In this document: positions 51,250-64,000 of the stretch, piece by piece | Position numbering within the stretch: position 1 is the first letter of the stretch | How the letters are laid out: the number at the start of each line of letters is the position of its first letter | Source of the DNA: Octopus vulgaris | Taxonomy: Eukaryota | NCBI GenBank assembly: GCA_951406725.2 | Contig: OX597815.1 | Location: forward strand, 59,954,001-60,018,000 | Direction of reading: 5' to 3' | DNA: 64,000 nucleotides | Translations under genes and position numbers: made by a program | The notes under the pieces: model-generated | The model's input: the letters and a program-made list of their open reading frames with translations, nothing else | Databases searched by the model: none | Told to the model about the DNA's origin: nothing

Positions 51250-52440
51250 TTATCCAAATGCTGCTAAAAGGATTAGGAAAAGATAGACTCAAAATGACAA
51301 CATTACCCTGATTGAATGTTATTACAGAAGCGAGCCTACGAAAATAGGATGCAGGAAAAGGATATATAAAATACGGATCGAGAAAGACATGTTGGCTATC
51401 ACGGAACAAAGAATAATTGTGAAAAGGCATCTCCACAACAGTGAAAAATGAAGAACCAGAGTATGTAGAAGAGGAAATCAAACAAGAAATAGCAGAGAGT
51501 CCAATGAGTTCTCAGAAAAGAAATAACGGCCCGGATGAAGACAAATTTTTCATCGTGGAAAGAAAGGATGTTACAGAGAAGGAAGGAACTCACTACAATA
51601 CCTGGTTGAGACACGAACTCATGAAAGCAAGACTACCAACCTTGTGAGGAATCGAAAGAGGAAAACAAAATAAAGAATTAAAGAGCTGTTAACGAACATC
51701 TATGTTGAAGATATACGATTTCATATACTGCACATCATCTGTTGCCGTGGAAGTTCTTGGAGTTAAAAATAGCGAGGGACAAAGTCCCATGGTAGAAGCA
51801 AATGCAGAATTTGTTTGAAAGGAGACGAAATTATTAGCCATCTCTTGAGGCTCTTGAGGGAATGCAGTAAGCTAACACAAAAAGAGTATAAGTGCAGGCA
51901 TTAATGTGTAGGTAAAAGAGTGTATTGAGATTTTAACCGAGTTTGTGGATTCAAAGTAGTAGAAAAATCGTATGAATAAAAACTAGAAGCTGTTATAGAG
52001 AATAAGAATTACAGGGGCCTATGTGGTTTTCCCATAAAAACAGATCATATTATTGAAGCAAAGAAATTTAATATGATTACTGAGAACAAAATAAACAAAT
52101 AGTGTAAGTTCATAGACTCTGCAATTCCCTATAACACAGTCGACACCAAATAAATTTTTAAAAAATGAGAAATATCAGGAACAAGCCAGAGAGCTGAAGA
52201 GACTGTGGAAGACTAAAGCAAAAATTATTCCTGTGGTAATTGTTGTACTTGGCACAACACCCAAAATGCTACCTAAAAGACTGAAAGGGATTGGACTTGA
52301 GTCTCGTATTGTCGACTTGCAGAAATGTGGATTTATGTATTGTGCAAGAACCCTAAGAAAAATTCTTGATATTTGAGATTTGTTGTCACTGTACCTGAAC
52401 ACAACATTCCTGCTCACTAATATAGTGTGATAATTATAAC
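51250..52440 (+). mobile_element. R4/Dong-like LINE remnant ending in an RLE C-terminus
   Basis: IVDSAIPY..EKYQEQARELKRLWKTKAKIIPVVIVVLGTTPK..LQKC..ARTLRKILDI*; upstream part is heavily decayed. Confidence 0.65.
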
Positions 52441-52459
52441 AACATCAACAACATAAAGC

Positions 52460-55400
52460 TATTGATGACCCACAACAGCGAAGGAGATTAAAACGGACAA
52501 CAGAAAATAATAAACTGCTGTTTGAATGTTATATTAGGAATGAGCCAGAGAAAAGAGACTATAGAAAAAGGCTATCAGAACTCTGGAAAAAAATATCAAT
52601 ATGAAGAACGGAAGGATATGAATGAAAAAAATTAGCAGATCAGATTGAACAAATTAAGACCAAAATGTGGTTTTAGAAAAGATGGAATAAGAGAAGATTA
52701 TAAAGAAGGCGAGAAAGGCGCTGCAAAGGACTACTAGTCCTGAAGAAATACCCATAAAACAGGAGGATCCGCAAAGTTGAGACATGGAGAGAGGGAATCT
52801 ATAATATATAGAAAACATTAGTGTGCCTCCATCTAGAGAGATACTAGAAGAAATTAACCCAGAACCAGCTACTCTTCGCGACAGAATTCTGGAAATGATG
52901 TTCCTTGGGGAAAGGAAACGTTTACCGTTATTGAAGTTATATGATAGAAGAAAGCTAAGATCAGAACTTAAGAAAGTGAATGAAATTATCATGAGAATTC
53001 CAATTAAGGATATTATTGAGCTAAATTCCTTGATGTATGTCAATACTTATGTCATCATATAGAAGATGGGAATGTTTAGAAAAGAAAAAGTACAGAGAAA
53101 CAAAGAACCATTCTGGAAAAGGAGAATAAAAGAAAGCATCGATACAGAGTGGAAAATTTAAGTAAGATTGAGGAAGTAAGGAAAGGAAATAAGAGGCTCA
53201 ATGAAAGAAAACAGAACTACATGAATAACAAAAACTATCTGGCAGATATATTTATATCGGATATGTTAAAGCAAAAGATCAAAGCGAGTGGAGTTCAGAT
53301 TAAAAGATACGAAAGATGTCTATAGTTTAAACAAAATCAACTGTTTAGAATAAATCAGTTTCTCTACAAGACTCTGGGTAGAGAAGATATGAAAGATGGA
53401 GAGTTACCTGAACTCAAAGAAGCAGCGTCGTTTTGGAGCAAGATCTGGTCAGAGAGTATCAAACACGACAACAGGGCACTCTGGCTTCATGACATGGAGA
53501 TACAGGAGAACAATTCCAACACCTTGTAAGATATTCAAGCCGGAGTTGATAAGATGTTCAAGCCGGAAATCGGAAGGCAGCTGGTCCAAACCGAGTTCAT
53601 TCAAGGATTTTGGTTCAAGGTTTTGACGAATTTACATCCTAAGCTACAAAAATTCCTGGAAGGCTGTGCTCAAAAATTTGTACCAGAATGAATAGCCAAT
53701 TTGATTGATTCAGAAGGACCAAACCAAGGGTACCGTGGCCAGCAATTATCGTCCGATTTCTTGTTTACCTGTGAGGTAGAACCTTCTAACTGGGATAATG
53801 AGAAAGAAATTTTACGACTATCTTGAAAGAAATGAACTATTAGCGGGTGAAAAGAAAGGCTGCAAGAAAATATCACGAGGAACAAAGGATCAGTTGCTGA
53901 TTCATAAGGCAATTTTGAGGAACTACCGAAGAAGGTTGATAAGCTTATCAATGGCTTGGATTGAATATAAGAAGACATATGATATGGTTCCTTGCTCGTG
54001 GATTCTGAAATGCCTGGTGATGGTCGAGGCAGTAAAAAATATGACTAATTTGTTCAAAAACAGTATGAGAAACTGGAAGACACTTCTGACTGCAGGTGGA
54101 AGAGAATTTGGATAAGCCAGCATCAAGAAGGGAATCTTTGAATGTGACTCGGTGTTACCCTGGCTGTTTATTGTTTGTATGTTACCACTCTCCATTGTAC
54201 TGAGAAAGATGGGAGCTAGTTAAAAACTACAGAAAAACATAAGACCAATCAACCACCAGTTTTTATGGATGATTTGAAGCTTTACAAAGCTAACAAAGAT
54301 CAATTTGATACCCTTATGCAGACTGTACGAATTCTCTCTCAAGACATCTGACTGACATTTGGTACAAAAAAAGACACTGTTATTGAACTGAGGAGAGGAC
54401 GAAAAGTAGACAGCAGTAGAGTACAACTTTACAACTTCCAGATGATGAGCGGATGAGAGTAGTGAACGAAGAGGATTACAAATATCTTTGTATCTTACAA
54501 GTAGGCCAGATGATAAACACCAAGATGAAGGAGAAAATTTCTTCTGAATACACTAGAAGAGTTAAAAAGCTATGTAGATTTAAGCTAAATGGAAGGAACC
54601 CGATTAGGGGAGTCAACGCGTGGATTGTAAGTCTAATTTGTCACTACATAGGAGTTGCGGAATGGACAAAAGAAGAACTTGTCAACATGAATAAAAAACT
54701 AAGAAGGTAATGGCTATGCATGAGTGCCTTCATACTAGAAGTAATGTAGTAGGGCTTTACTTACCTAGGAAGGAAGGTGGAAGAGGATTGGTTGGAATAG
54801 AGGATAGTGTTGTGAAAGAGATCAAATCATTGCATACCTATCTGAGGAATAGTGATGAAAGAATGTTGCAGGCTGAACTGAGTGACAAAGTAATCAGTGA
54901 CAATGGTGAGACCTTCCAGGAGTACAATATGGGGACTAATAGAGAAAAAATTATCGACTAGAAAGAGAAAGTTCTACATAGTGGAGGTGCAATGGCCTAG
55001 TGGTTAGGGCAGCGGACTTGCGGTCGGAGGATCGCGGTTTCGATTCCCAGACCGGGCGTTGTGTGTGTTTATTGAGCGAAAACACCTAAAAGCTCCACGA
55101 GGCTCCGGCAGGAGGTGGTGATCCCTGCTGTACTCAAAAGGCGGTGCTCCAGCATGGCCGCAGTCAAATGACTGAAACAAGTACAAAAAAAAAAAAAAAA
55201 AAATAGGGAGTTTTTCCAACAATCATCGAATGAAGCTGATGAAGTATCCTGGAGATGGCTAGGATGTATTTTTTTTAAAGAAGGGAATAAAACTGATTCT
55301 TGCTGCTGAAGAACAAGTTTTACGTACAAAATCAATCAAATGTAGCATTGGTAAGGCAACAGCGTCATCTTTGTGTAGACTACGTGGAAAATTATCTGAC

Positions 55401-55880
55401 ACAAGCATATAATTAGTGGATTCTCAACATTAACCCAAAAGGAGTACAAAAACGCCATGACAAAGTGGCAGTGCGAATACATTGGCAGTTTTGCAAGAAG
55501 TATGGGCTAGAATGTTCCAACAAGTGGTAAGAGCATCAACCTTTGCCAGTAGAAAATGATCAAGTGGAACCCACATGGGATATGCCAATATATACTGATA
55601 AAAAGCCGTGAAGTATCAGGACTTAGCATTGGAAGTGAAACGAATCCATAGAACTTGATAAGTGAGTGTGGTTTCTATTGTGGTCGGTACACGTGGGACC
55701 ATCTCAAAGAGAGCAGTATTTTTGCATCAAAAGCTGCAAATACCAAACTTCAGAAGAAATGTTATTCTGTTGGCAGCAATACTTGGAACAGTTCATGTGT
55801 TGAAAATGTTGCGTCTTAAAGCTGCAGAAAGGAGCTGAGATGTGACATAGATAAATCAGAAGTTAAGAGAATGCAAAAAA
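52460..55880 (+). mobile_element. Near full-length decayed R4/Dong-clade retrotransposon
   Basis: EPFWKRRI, EKKGCKKISRGTKDQLLI, AWIEYKKTYDMVP, HQFFMDDLKLY, YKYLCIL, LYLPRKEGGRGLVGIED, YKRHDKV-like motif. Confidence 0.88.
54981..55203 (+). mobile_element. Young tRNA-derived SINE with poly(A) tail, nested in the R4/Dong element
   Basis: TGGCCTAGTGGTTAGGG (A box), GGTTTCGATTCCC (B box), shared tail atggccgcagtcaaatgactgaaacaagta, then an A-run. Confidence 0.88.
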
Positions 55881-56592
55881 ATTATAATCACTTTATTTCC
55901 CATTTCATATTATCACATCTGGCCTACTTCTCTTCTACTTCCGACACTATTTTTACTAGGGCATGTAATATCTATGATTAAACAAGTTTTTTAAAACTCT
56001 ATTCATATTCAGTATATCTAGCTTTCTTTGTTAATTTTCATGATCCCATTAGATCCTTACATCTTACAGTATCGTTAACTGTAGTCATTGAAGAATGTGA
56101 GTGTTATAACTGTTGGTGCTGGAGCTTTTGGGAAATATAAATACCAAGCTTACAAACTAAATTGTAAAGATAAGAGCAAATGTGAAGATAGGGCATCTAC
56201 AAAAACAGTATTGCGTGGAACTGCACGAATCTTCTGCAAAATTCTCGAAATCTGAATGAAAAGTGTTCACTACTTGTGAACAGCCGACACTTTGTTACAT
56301 ATCCCCGTACAAGGCCATAAATTTTTGAAGGGAGGAGATTAGTCAATGCCATCGACTCCGAAAGGATGAACAGTAGTTTTAATTTTGAACTCAGAATATT
56401 AACAGCTGAAACAAATACCACAAAGCATTTCACCGAAGTTATTATGATTATGCCTATCCACAAGCAGGTGGGATTTGCACTCAGAACCTAGAAGAAATAC
56501 CGTAAAGTATTTTAAAAAATCTTCCAGATCGTAGCCAAAGCTAGAGTGGGTGTAAGTTCTCAATTAGAAGAGAAGCAGACGGTTTAATATTA

Positions 56593-57781
56593 CGAGGGTC
56601 GGCTGAAAAGTTCATACGCTGACCAAATGCTCTCATGGAATGTCACGTTATGAGGTTCATTTTGCAATCTACGCTCTTCTTCCATAGGTGTAGCAGTGTT
56701 TGTATCCCATTGGTAAAGAAACTCACATCGTGTTGGTCAAAATAGTAATCAACAGCAATGACATCATCGCTGCGATGCTGGTTCTCAGCCAAATAATTTT
56801 TCATGTCGGGGAACAGATGATAATCAAATTGGGCCAAATCAGGAGAATATGGAGGGTGATCAACCAGTTCAAAGTCAGTCACGTACAGCAGCCATTGAAA
56901 CCAAGGACTTGTGTATAGGAGTACTATCCTGATGAAACGAAACACCTTTTGTTAGTTTTCCTGGGTGTTTGATCTTGATAAACTTTCGTAATTGCTTCAG
57001 CAAGTTGGCTTAATACTTTCTCTTGATGGTGTGGCCTTTTGAAGATAGTCAATACACAATGTCTTTTGCATCATTCCCGCCAAACTTGAGGCCGTCACCT
57101 TCCCTGCAAATGAAATGACATTGGCCTTCTTTGGAGTAGGTGAGGAGGGCTGTTTCCACTGCATGGATTGTCTCTTTGTCTCTAGCTCAAAGGGATGAAG
57201 CTAGCACTCGTCCTGGGTTACGAAGTGTTCTGGGAAACCAGCTGTATCTACTTCGATGTCAGATTTTCCTCTGCTGTAATCAGCCTGGTGCGCTTTTGAT
57301 CTAGTGTCAGAAAACGCGACACTCATAGAGCAGAAGCCATTATCATACCAAATTCGTTGTGCAGAATATCTCAACTCTCTCACGGAATATTTGATTTATA
57401 GTCAATCATCTGTCATCCATTACTATGTGGTGAACGCGATCAATGTTTTCCTAATGGCGTGCAGTGTCAGGACGTCCAAATTTCAAAACTCCCCTTTCCT
57501 CTCCTAAATTCAGCTATCCGCTTCTGAATTGTTGATAAAGCTGGAGCATCACTCCCTAATATAACAACTATGTCAGCATGAATGTTGTTGGAGGTCAAAC
57601 CCTCTTTTCTGCAGATACTTAATAACACCACGATGCCAAACTTTGCCGATTTTCAAGAGAAGTAGCTACTACTTACTTCTGAAAGAAACAATGCAGGTAT
57701 TAATAAGAAGGTTGAAATTGATGAAATTGACAGTTGTAGCATCACTCCTTCATAGCTTATGAACTTTTCAGCCCACCCTCG
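56593..57781 (-). mobile_element. Mariner (DD34D-type) transposon, decayed
   Basis: TA|CGAGGGTCGGCTGAAAAGTTCATA...TATGAACTTTTCAGCCCACCCTCG|TA; peptides FVTQDE and HPPYSPDLAQFDYHLFP. Confidence 0.9.
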
Positions 57782-58003
57782 TAGCCACAAAAGACCAAAT
57801 ACCAATTTAATTCTAGCTGCGCAATCTTTATCAAATTCGAGTATATTTAGACACAGGATCTGGTCGGTAGCTATGTCCACAAAGTAATATAGCTACTGAC
57901 ACTTCGACATGAAAACGGTTAAGCTTGTCGAAAGGAGCGCGTTTGTAAGTGTATGTCTATGTGTATGTGTGTGTGTGTGTGTGAGAGAGCGAGAGAGAGC
58001 GAG

Positions 58004-58060
<57 letters not shown>

Positions 58061-58619
58061 AACAGAGAGAGAGGATTGGCTAACTGAAATATTGTAGACA
58101 AGAGGTTGTGAGATCACGGGTATAGAACTTTTATCGAAACCAGACAGTCGTCTGCGTGGCAAAATAAACGTGTAAGTGGCAGTCGTTTGAGTTGTATGAA
58201 TATAGTTTTAAGAAAATTGTTATAATAAACAAATTGACTGACAAATAAACAAATTGACTGACAGCTATATAGCAACTTTTACAAATGTGTGTTTGTTTGT
58301 GTGTGTGCGTGCTAAAATACTGACAGACAGAGGCCAGACATATTGACTGGGTTAGATGGGAGACAAAATACAGACAAGTATCTTTTGAACACAACATCAG
58401 GGCTATGCAAGATTATTATAGGTGTTAAAATCCTGTGAAGGATTTTAACACCTATAAGCCCAAACCTAGGTGACATAGATGTAGGGGCCAAGACTAGGGT
58501 CTTCTGATGCACAGTTACAGGGTGGGGAGTAGGTGGGCGGCAACAAACAGCAATCACAAGAGAAACCAACACAATCAATCTAATTTCGTAAAGGAGTGAG
58601 ACATGTCGTCAGCGATCAC

Positions 58620-59000
58620 AAGAAGAACAATCTATAAGAAAATGTCTCATCATGGAATATGAAGGTAGACCTGGGAAGATGTTACAGATACAAGTTATCT
58701 AAAAAGTCTTGAGCCGAAGAAATCTGATCGTTCCGAAGAAAGCGTCATCAAGTCTTTGAATTGAAGAATACTATATAGCAGAATATTCTGCGAGATGGCA
58801 GGGGGAAAGGATGGTCATTTCAAGTCGAGGTTGGCTGTAGAGAATTCCTGGCGCACTTGGTTTGGAGAATGTTCAGAGCCATTGCCGCCTCCTATTATCA
58901 CCTCTTTCCACAACTGAAGAAACATTTCAAGAGAAAGAATTCACTCCAATTCGGAAGTGATCACTTCTACAGAGGCCTAATCTTCCGAGTTCTTTTTACA
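58620..59000 (+). mobile_element. Decayed 3' end of an RLE-type (HERO/NeSL-like) non-LTR element
   Basis: SSWNMKVDLG..; GKGWSFQVEVGCREFLAHLVWRMF resembles the EVGCRGF motif. Confidence 0.5.
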
Positions 59001-59473
59001 GAGCTTAGAAAAACTGAAGGACTGCTGCAATAAGGGATTGAAGTTGTTAAATAAAATCATAATTACCTGAGCCTCCTGTATTTCCTTTTACTTAATTACA
59101 ACAACTTTTCAGCACCACACTCGTAATAGACTGGATGCCCGTGATTGTTGTTATTGTTGTTGCAGTTGTTTGTGTAGCCGTATTTCTTATTGTCGTCGTT
59201 GTCGTTGCTACTGCTCAGCTCAACCTTAATTCTGAATATATTTAAGGCCTTATTCCCAGAAGGCAATACAACCATGGCAATCCAGTGTATATTGGAAAGT
59301 GCTGAAAGCAGTGCATATTTCATTATTTACACAAGCATTTGAAATTTATAGGATTCATATAAGATTTCAAGGATTCTGATTGCTACTTGTAGCAGGCAGT
59401 CTCGTTCGACTTCGAATAGGAGTTTTCAGGTGTCTTGTGAGAGTGTTTCTCACATTACTGGTCTTGGTACGCA

Positions 59474-59530
59474 ATCTATCTATCTATCTATTTATCTATC
59501 TATCTATTTGTCTATTTGTCTGTTTGTCTG

Positions 59531-59611
<81 letters not shown>

Positions 59612-59641
59612 TTATTTATCTATCTATTTATTTAATATATG

Positions 59642-59697
<56 letters not shown>

Positions 59698-59720
59698 CAT
59701 ATATATATATATACATATAC

Positions 59721-59819
<99 letters not shown>

Positions 59820-59824
59820 CATAT
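59474..59824. repeat. (TATC)n and (TA)n tract
   Basis: Directly visible. Confidence 0.95.
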
Positions 59825-60093
59825 CTGCGTGTATGCTTATGTGTGTGTATGAGCGTGCGTGTAAGTATCTGAATATTGATGTATGTTGGTGTCCTTGGTG
59901 CTTGGTGGTGCGTGTTTGGAGCGTGTTTGTGATTTTGGAGCGAATTTCGTGTCACGCTAACGAAACATTCCATCAAATTTCACAGCATGGAGTGAATTTT
60001 AACCTCTGCACACCCACCTACCGCTTTCCTTCTGATGTGTCTTTACACACGCGCGCGCAAACACACACATACACACTCAAACACGCACACACG

Positions 60094-60490
<397 letters not shown>

Positions 60491-61142
60491 TACATACATA
60501 CTTGCACACACGCACACATATCCTACTCTTTAAATAGTGAGATCAATACTATACTTACATGAAACGTACGCACGCAGATATAGATATTGCTGATATGCAT
60601 GTATACAGTTATGTATGTATGTAACGTATGTATGTATACAAAAATATATATATGCATATATGTACATTCACACACACACACGTATGTATTGACATAATGT
60701 GTGTGAGTGTATAAAATCGTTATATACATGTATACGAATTTCGATGTGTATGTGCATGTATAATTTAGTTTACACACACAAACACAAACACACACACACA
60801 CACATACACTCACACGAGCACACACATACACACACACAAGCACTCACAGACATACTTACATATCTTTTTTAGTTGTTCATGCTATAATCTCATTTGATGG
60901 AGGTCGATAAACATTTAGATAAGGATAGGTCCACCGCGTTTCAAAATCGGAATCGATAGTTTCACGTGAAAATGTCCCTACATGGCTGTACGCAAACATC
61001 TCCATATCTTTCTCTCTGTATGTGTGTATATGTACACGGTTATAATGTATAGAATGCATTGATGTATGTATGTTTATAGATGTGGAGCTCTGATAATATA
61101 TAGACATGATACATACACATACAAATACATATATTTATAGTC

Positions 61143-61193
<51 letters not shown>

Positions 61194-61323
61194 TGTGTGT
61201 ATGTGCATATTTCTGTGTAAGTTTTTATATGATTCATAGGAAGGAAGACATATTCATTGAAGTTTGACCACTATTACACATACACACATACACGCACACT
61301 GACCCACACGTGCCGCCCGTATG

Positions 61324-61364
<41 letters not shown>

Positions 61365-62137
61365 ATATGTATGTATGTATATATGTATGTATGTATGTAT
61401 TTATATATGTATGTATGTATGTATGTATATATCTCTCTGTCTGTATAATTATGCACGCGCGCGCACATCCACCCACACATATACAACACACACATGCGCA
61501 CGCACGAGTGCTCATCAAATGAATGTATCTGCGTCGCCATTGACGATTACTGTTCTAGTTGTTCAATCAACTGAACGACTTATTCATTGAATTACAGTAT
61601 AAATGGTCGAGTATTCCTCATACAGTTGTACTCTTAATATAATTGTTAGCCAGCGCCAGTGTGCCACAGTGAATTACAGGTTTCCACGCGGTTTTCGTCC
61701 AGACTCTTAAACTGATAAGGCTTGCATCAACCCCAGACTGTGGTAAAAGACTAAGCGGCAACGCAACAGAATCGAACCTCAGGCTTCATGACAACCAAAT
61801 GAACTTCTTAACCATTCGTCAGTACTTTAATCCTCAGTGTACGTACTCTCAACAAAAATAGCAGCAACAACAACAACAGCATACACACATGCACACATTC
61901 ACACACATGTCTACACACAATTAACCTGATTTATTTCTCACGTATCTTTACGTTTAAACTATACATACATGCAGACGTACACGAATACATGCACACACAC
62001 ACTCACATACATGCGTGCATATACATACATGATTCTGTATATGCATACATACAGAAATATATTTACATATATACATACATACAGAAATATACATATATAC
62101 ATACACACAGAAATACATATACTTATATACATACCTA

Positions 62138-62461
62138 CAGAAATATACATACATATATATAGAAGAATAATAAAGAGAAAGTTATTGGTTCAGTATTATA
62201 TATATTTGCAAGAATGAGTAGAGATGGATTTTTTAGGCAGACAAACATACAGAAATATACACACATATATATAGAAGAATAATAAAGAGAAAGTTCTTGG
62301 TTCAGTATTATATATATTTGCAAGAATGAGTAGAGATGGATTTTTTGAGGGGATAAATTTTATTTTAGTCTTGAGATTAAAATAAAAATGATCCCCTCCC
62401 CCCAAACCATCTCTACTCATTCTTTCAAATATATATAATACTGTACCAAGAACTTTTACTT

Positions 62462-62468
<7 letters not shown>
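62138..62468. repeat. ~113-bp direct duplication followed by an inverted partial copy
   Basis: agaagaataataaagagaaagtt.ttggttcagtattatatatatttgcaagaatgagtagagatgg occurs twice; reverse complement at 62408-62468. Confidence 0.85.
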
Positions 62469-62516
<48 letters not shown>

Positions 62517-62611
62517 CTCCTTCTTCCCTTTTTTCCTGAGCGCCTAATAATAATACTTTAATTGTTCCACCTCTTTGTGTTGTTGGCTTTTCTGTTTTCT
62601 TGTTTGGATTA

Positions 62612-62676
<65 letters not shown>

Positions 62677-62692
62677 TATAAATGTATATATA

Positions 62693-64000
62693 CAGAGTGC
62701 TGGGGATAAATTGTCGTCTAAATTACGCAAAAATGAAAGCAACACTAACATCTCATTTTAACAGATATATTTACCAAAATTACATAAAAATATGTCGAAA
62801 TGCTAAAGAGTATAGTTATTCATTAAAATCGCCATGGGCTCCAACTACGGTCTCCAGACGATTTCGGAATCCCCTGCAACTCTTCTTGACGGTCTCCTTG
62901 TTTAATTTGGTGAACGCTGCCATAATCCTTGCCTTCACTTCATCTTTGGTGTAACAAAGAGTTTTGTTGGTCTCTCGCTCAACTGCACACTACACAGAGT
63001 AATCAAGGGGGTGGAAGTCTGGGGAGTAAGGTGGTTAGATGTTAGGGGTGATGAGGTCGCAGAAATTGTCTGACAACTATCTATGGGTTCTCCTGCTTGT
63101 GTGGCATGGTCACAGTCCTGTTCTTATTTCTTTACTTCCCACAAAGGGCTAAAGACAGAAGGAACAGACAAGGACAGACAAACGGATTAAGTCGATTATA
63201 TCGACCTCAGTGCAACCCCGAAAGGATGAAAGGCAAAGTCGACCTCGGCGGAATTTGAACTCAGAACGTAGACGCAGACGAAATACCGCTAAGCATTTCG
63301 CCCGGCGTACTAACGTTTCTGCCAACTCGCCGCCTTTTGCACAGTCCTGTTGATAGACATAGGGTCTTCCAGCAACCACCCTCTTGACCCAGGGCAGCAC
63401 TTCCTCCTCCAGGCACTTCATGTAGGCAGTGTAAGAAGAGGAATGGAGGCATAACGTCGCCACCACCAGTGATCACTCCAAACCTCATGATGTTGATTAA
63501 TGTTTGATTTTTATCACTTTCGGTACATGTTTTGGAGAAACGGCAAGCCAACGATTGTTCTGTGTGCTCACCATCTGATTCTGGCAGAAATTTTTCTCGT
63601 CAGAGAAAGACCAAAGCATGTTCCGCTGGAAAGGATGTTTGAGTTTGTTCAAATGCTTCGTAGCGCGGTCTTTCCTCTTGTACAAGATGGCTTGGGATAA
63701 AAATTGGACCTTTCTCATCTTGTATGAGGAATACCGAATACCTTCATGCACTACCTACCTGATAAGAAACTCAGACACTCCCATGTCCCTGGCGATAGAC
63801 CGGATTGGCTTGTAGGGATCGTTGTTAATCAGGCCTGGATCCCACCAACAAATTCAGGAGTTATTTTGTTATCAGAACGATCAGAGTGAGTTTTCCGAAC
63901 TGCCCTACCTTTATAATCACCATTACATTCATTCAACTCTTTCCGAATCCTCTGCACTGTTCTCAGATTGACACCCAAACACTATGAAATGTTCGTATTG
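62693..64000 (-). mobile_element. maT/DD37D-type mariner-like transposon (runs off the window), decayed
   Basis: TA|CAGAGTGCTGGGGATAAATT end; WSFSDEKNF, FGVITGGGDVMPP, EEEVLPWV..RPYVYQQDC, SPDFHPLDYSV. Confidence 0.85.
63123..63339 (-). mobile_element. SINE inserted in the maT transposase with a 12-bp TSD
   Basis: TSD cacagtcctgtt at 63111-63122 and 63340-63351; head GGCGGCGAGTTGGCAGAAACGTTAG, B box GAGTTCAAATTCC. Confidence 0.92.

Noticed and set aside
54985-55055. tRNA-like sequences (also 10210, 38190-38263, 63260-63339)
   Set aside because: A/B boxes continue into SINE bodies and tails; no complete cloverleaf, so not tRNA genes.

Overview
AT-rich, microsatellite-laden eukaryotic DNA. 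The SINE and repeat repertoire suggests an octopus or other cephalopod genome (inferred, not verified). I found no convincing host protein-coding gene, and most ORF-track entries are translations of simple repeats. The window is a mosaic of decayed mobile elements: four Tc1/mariner-type transposase remnants plus one internally deleted Tc1, several Penelope-like element (PLE) fragments with RT-thumb/GIY-YIG remains, R4/Dong-, RTE-, Tx1/L1- and HERO-like LINE fragments, tRNA-derived SINEs and non-autonomous Helitrons. Highlight 1: about ten minimal type-I hammerhead ribozyme (HHR) motifs, mostly in PLE pseudo-LTRs and fold-back elements. Their cores show three versions of the 3:8 base pair (C3:G8, U3:A8, G3:C8) plus U4C variants. 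Highlight 2: a 2.2-2.5 kb composite Helitron in two copies with precise TC...CTAG ends, carrying the G3:C8 hammerhead cassette, a SINE fragment and tandem repeats. All calls were made by eye, and boundaries of degenerate elements are approximate.
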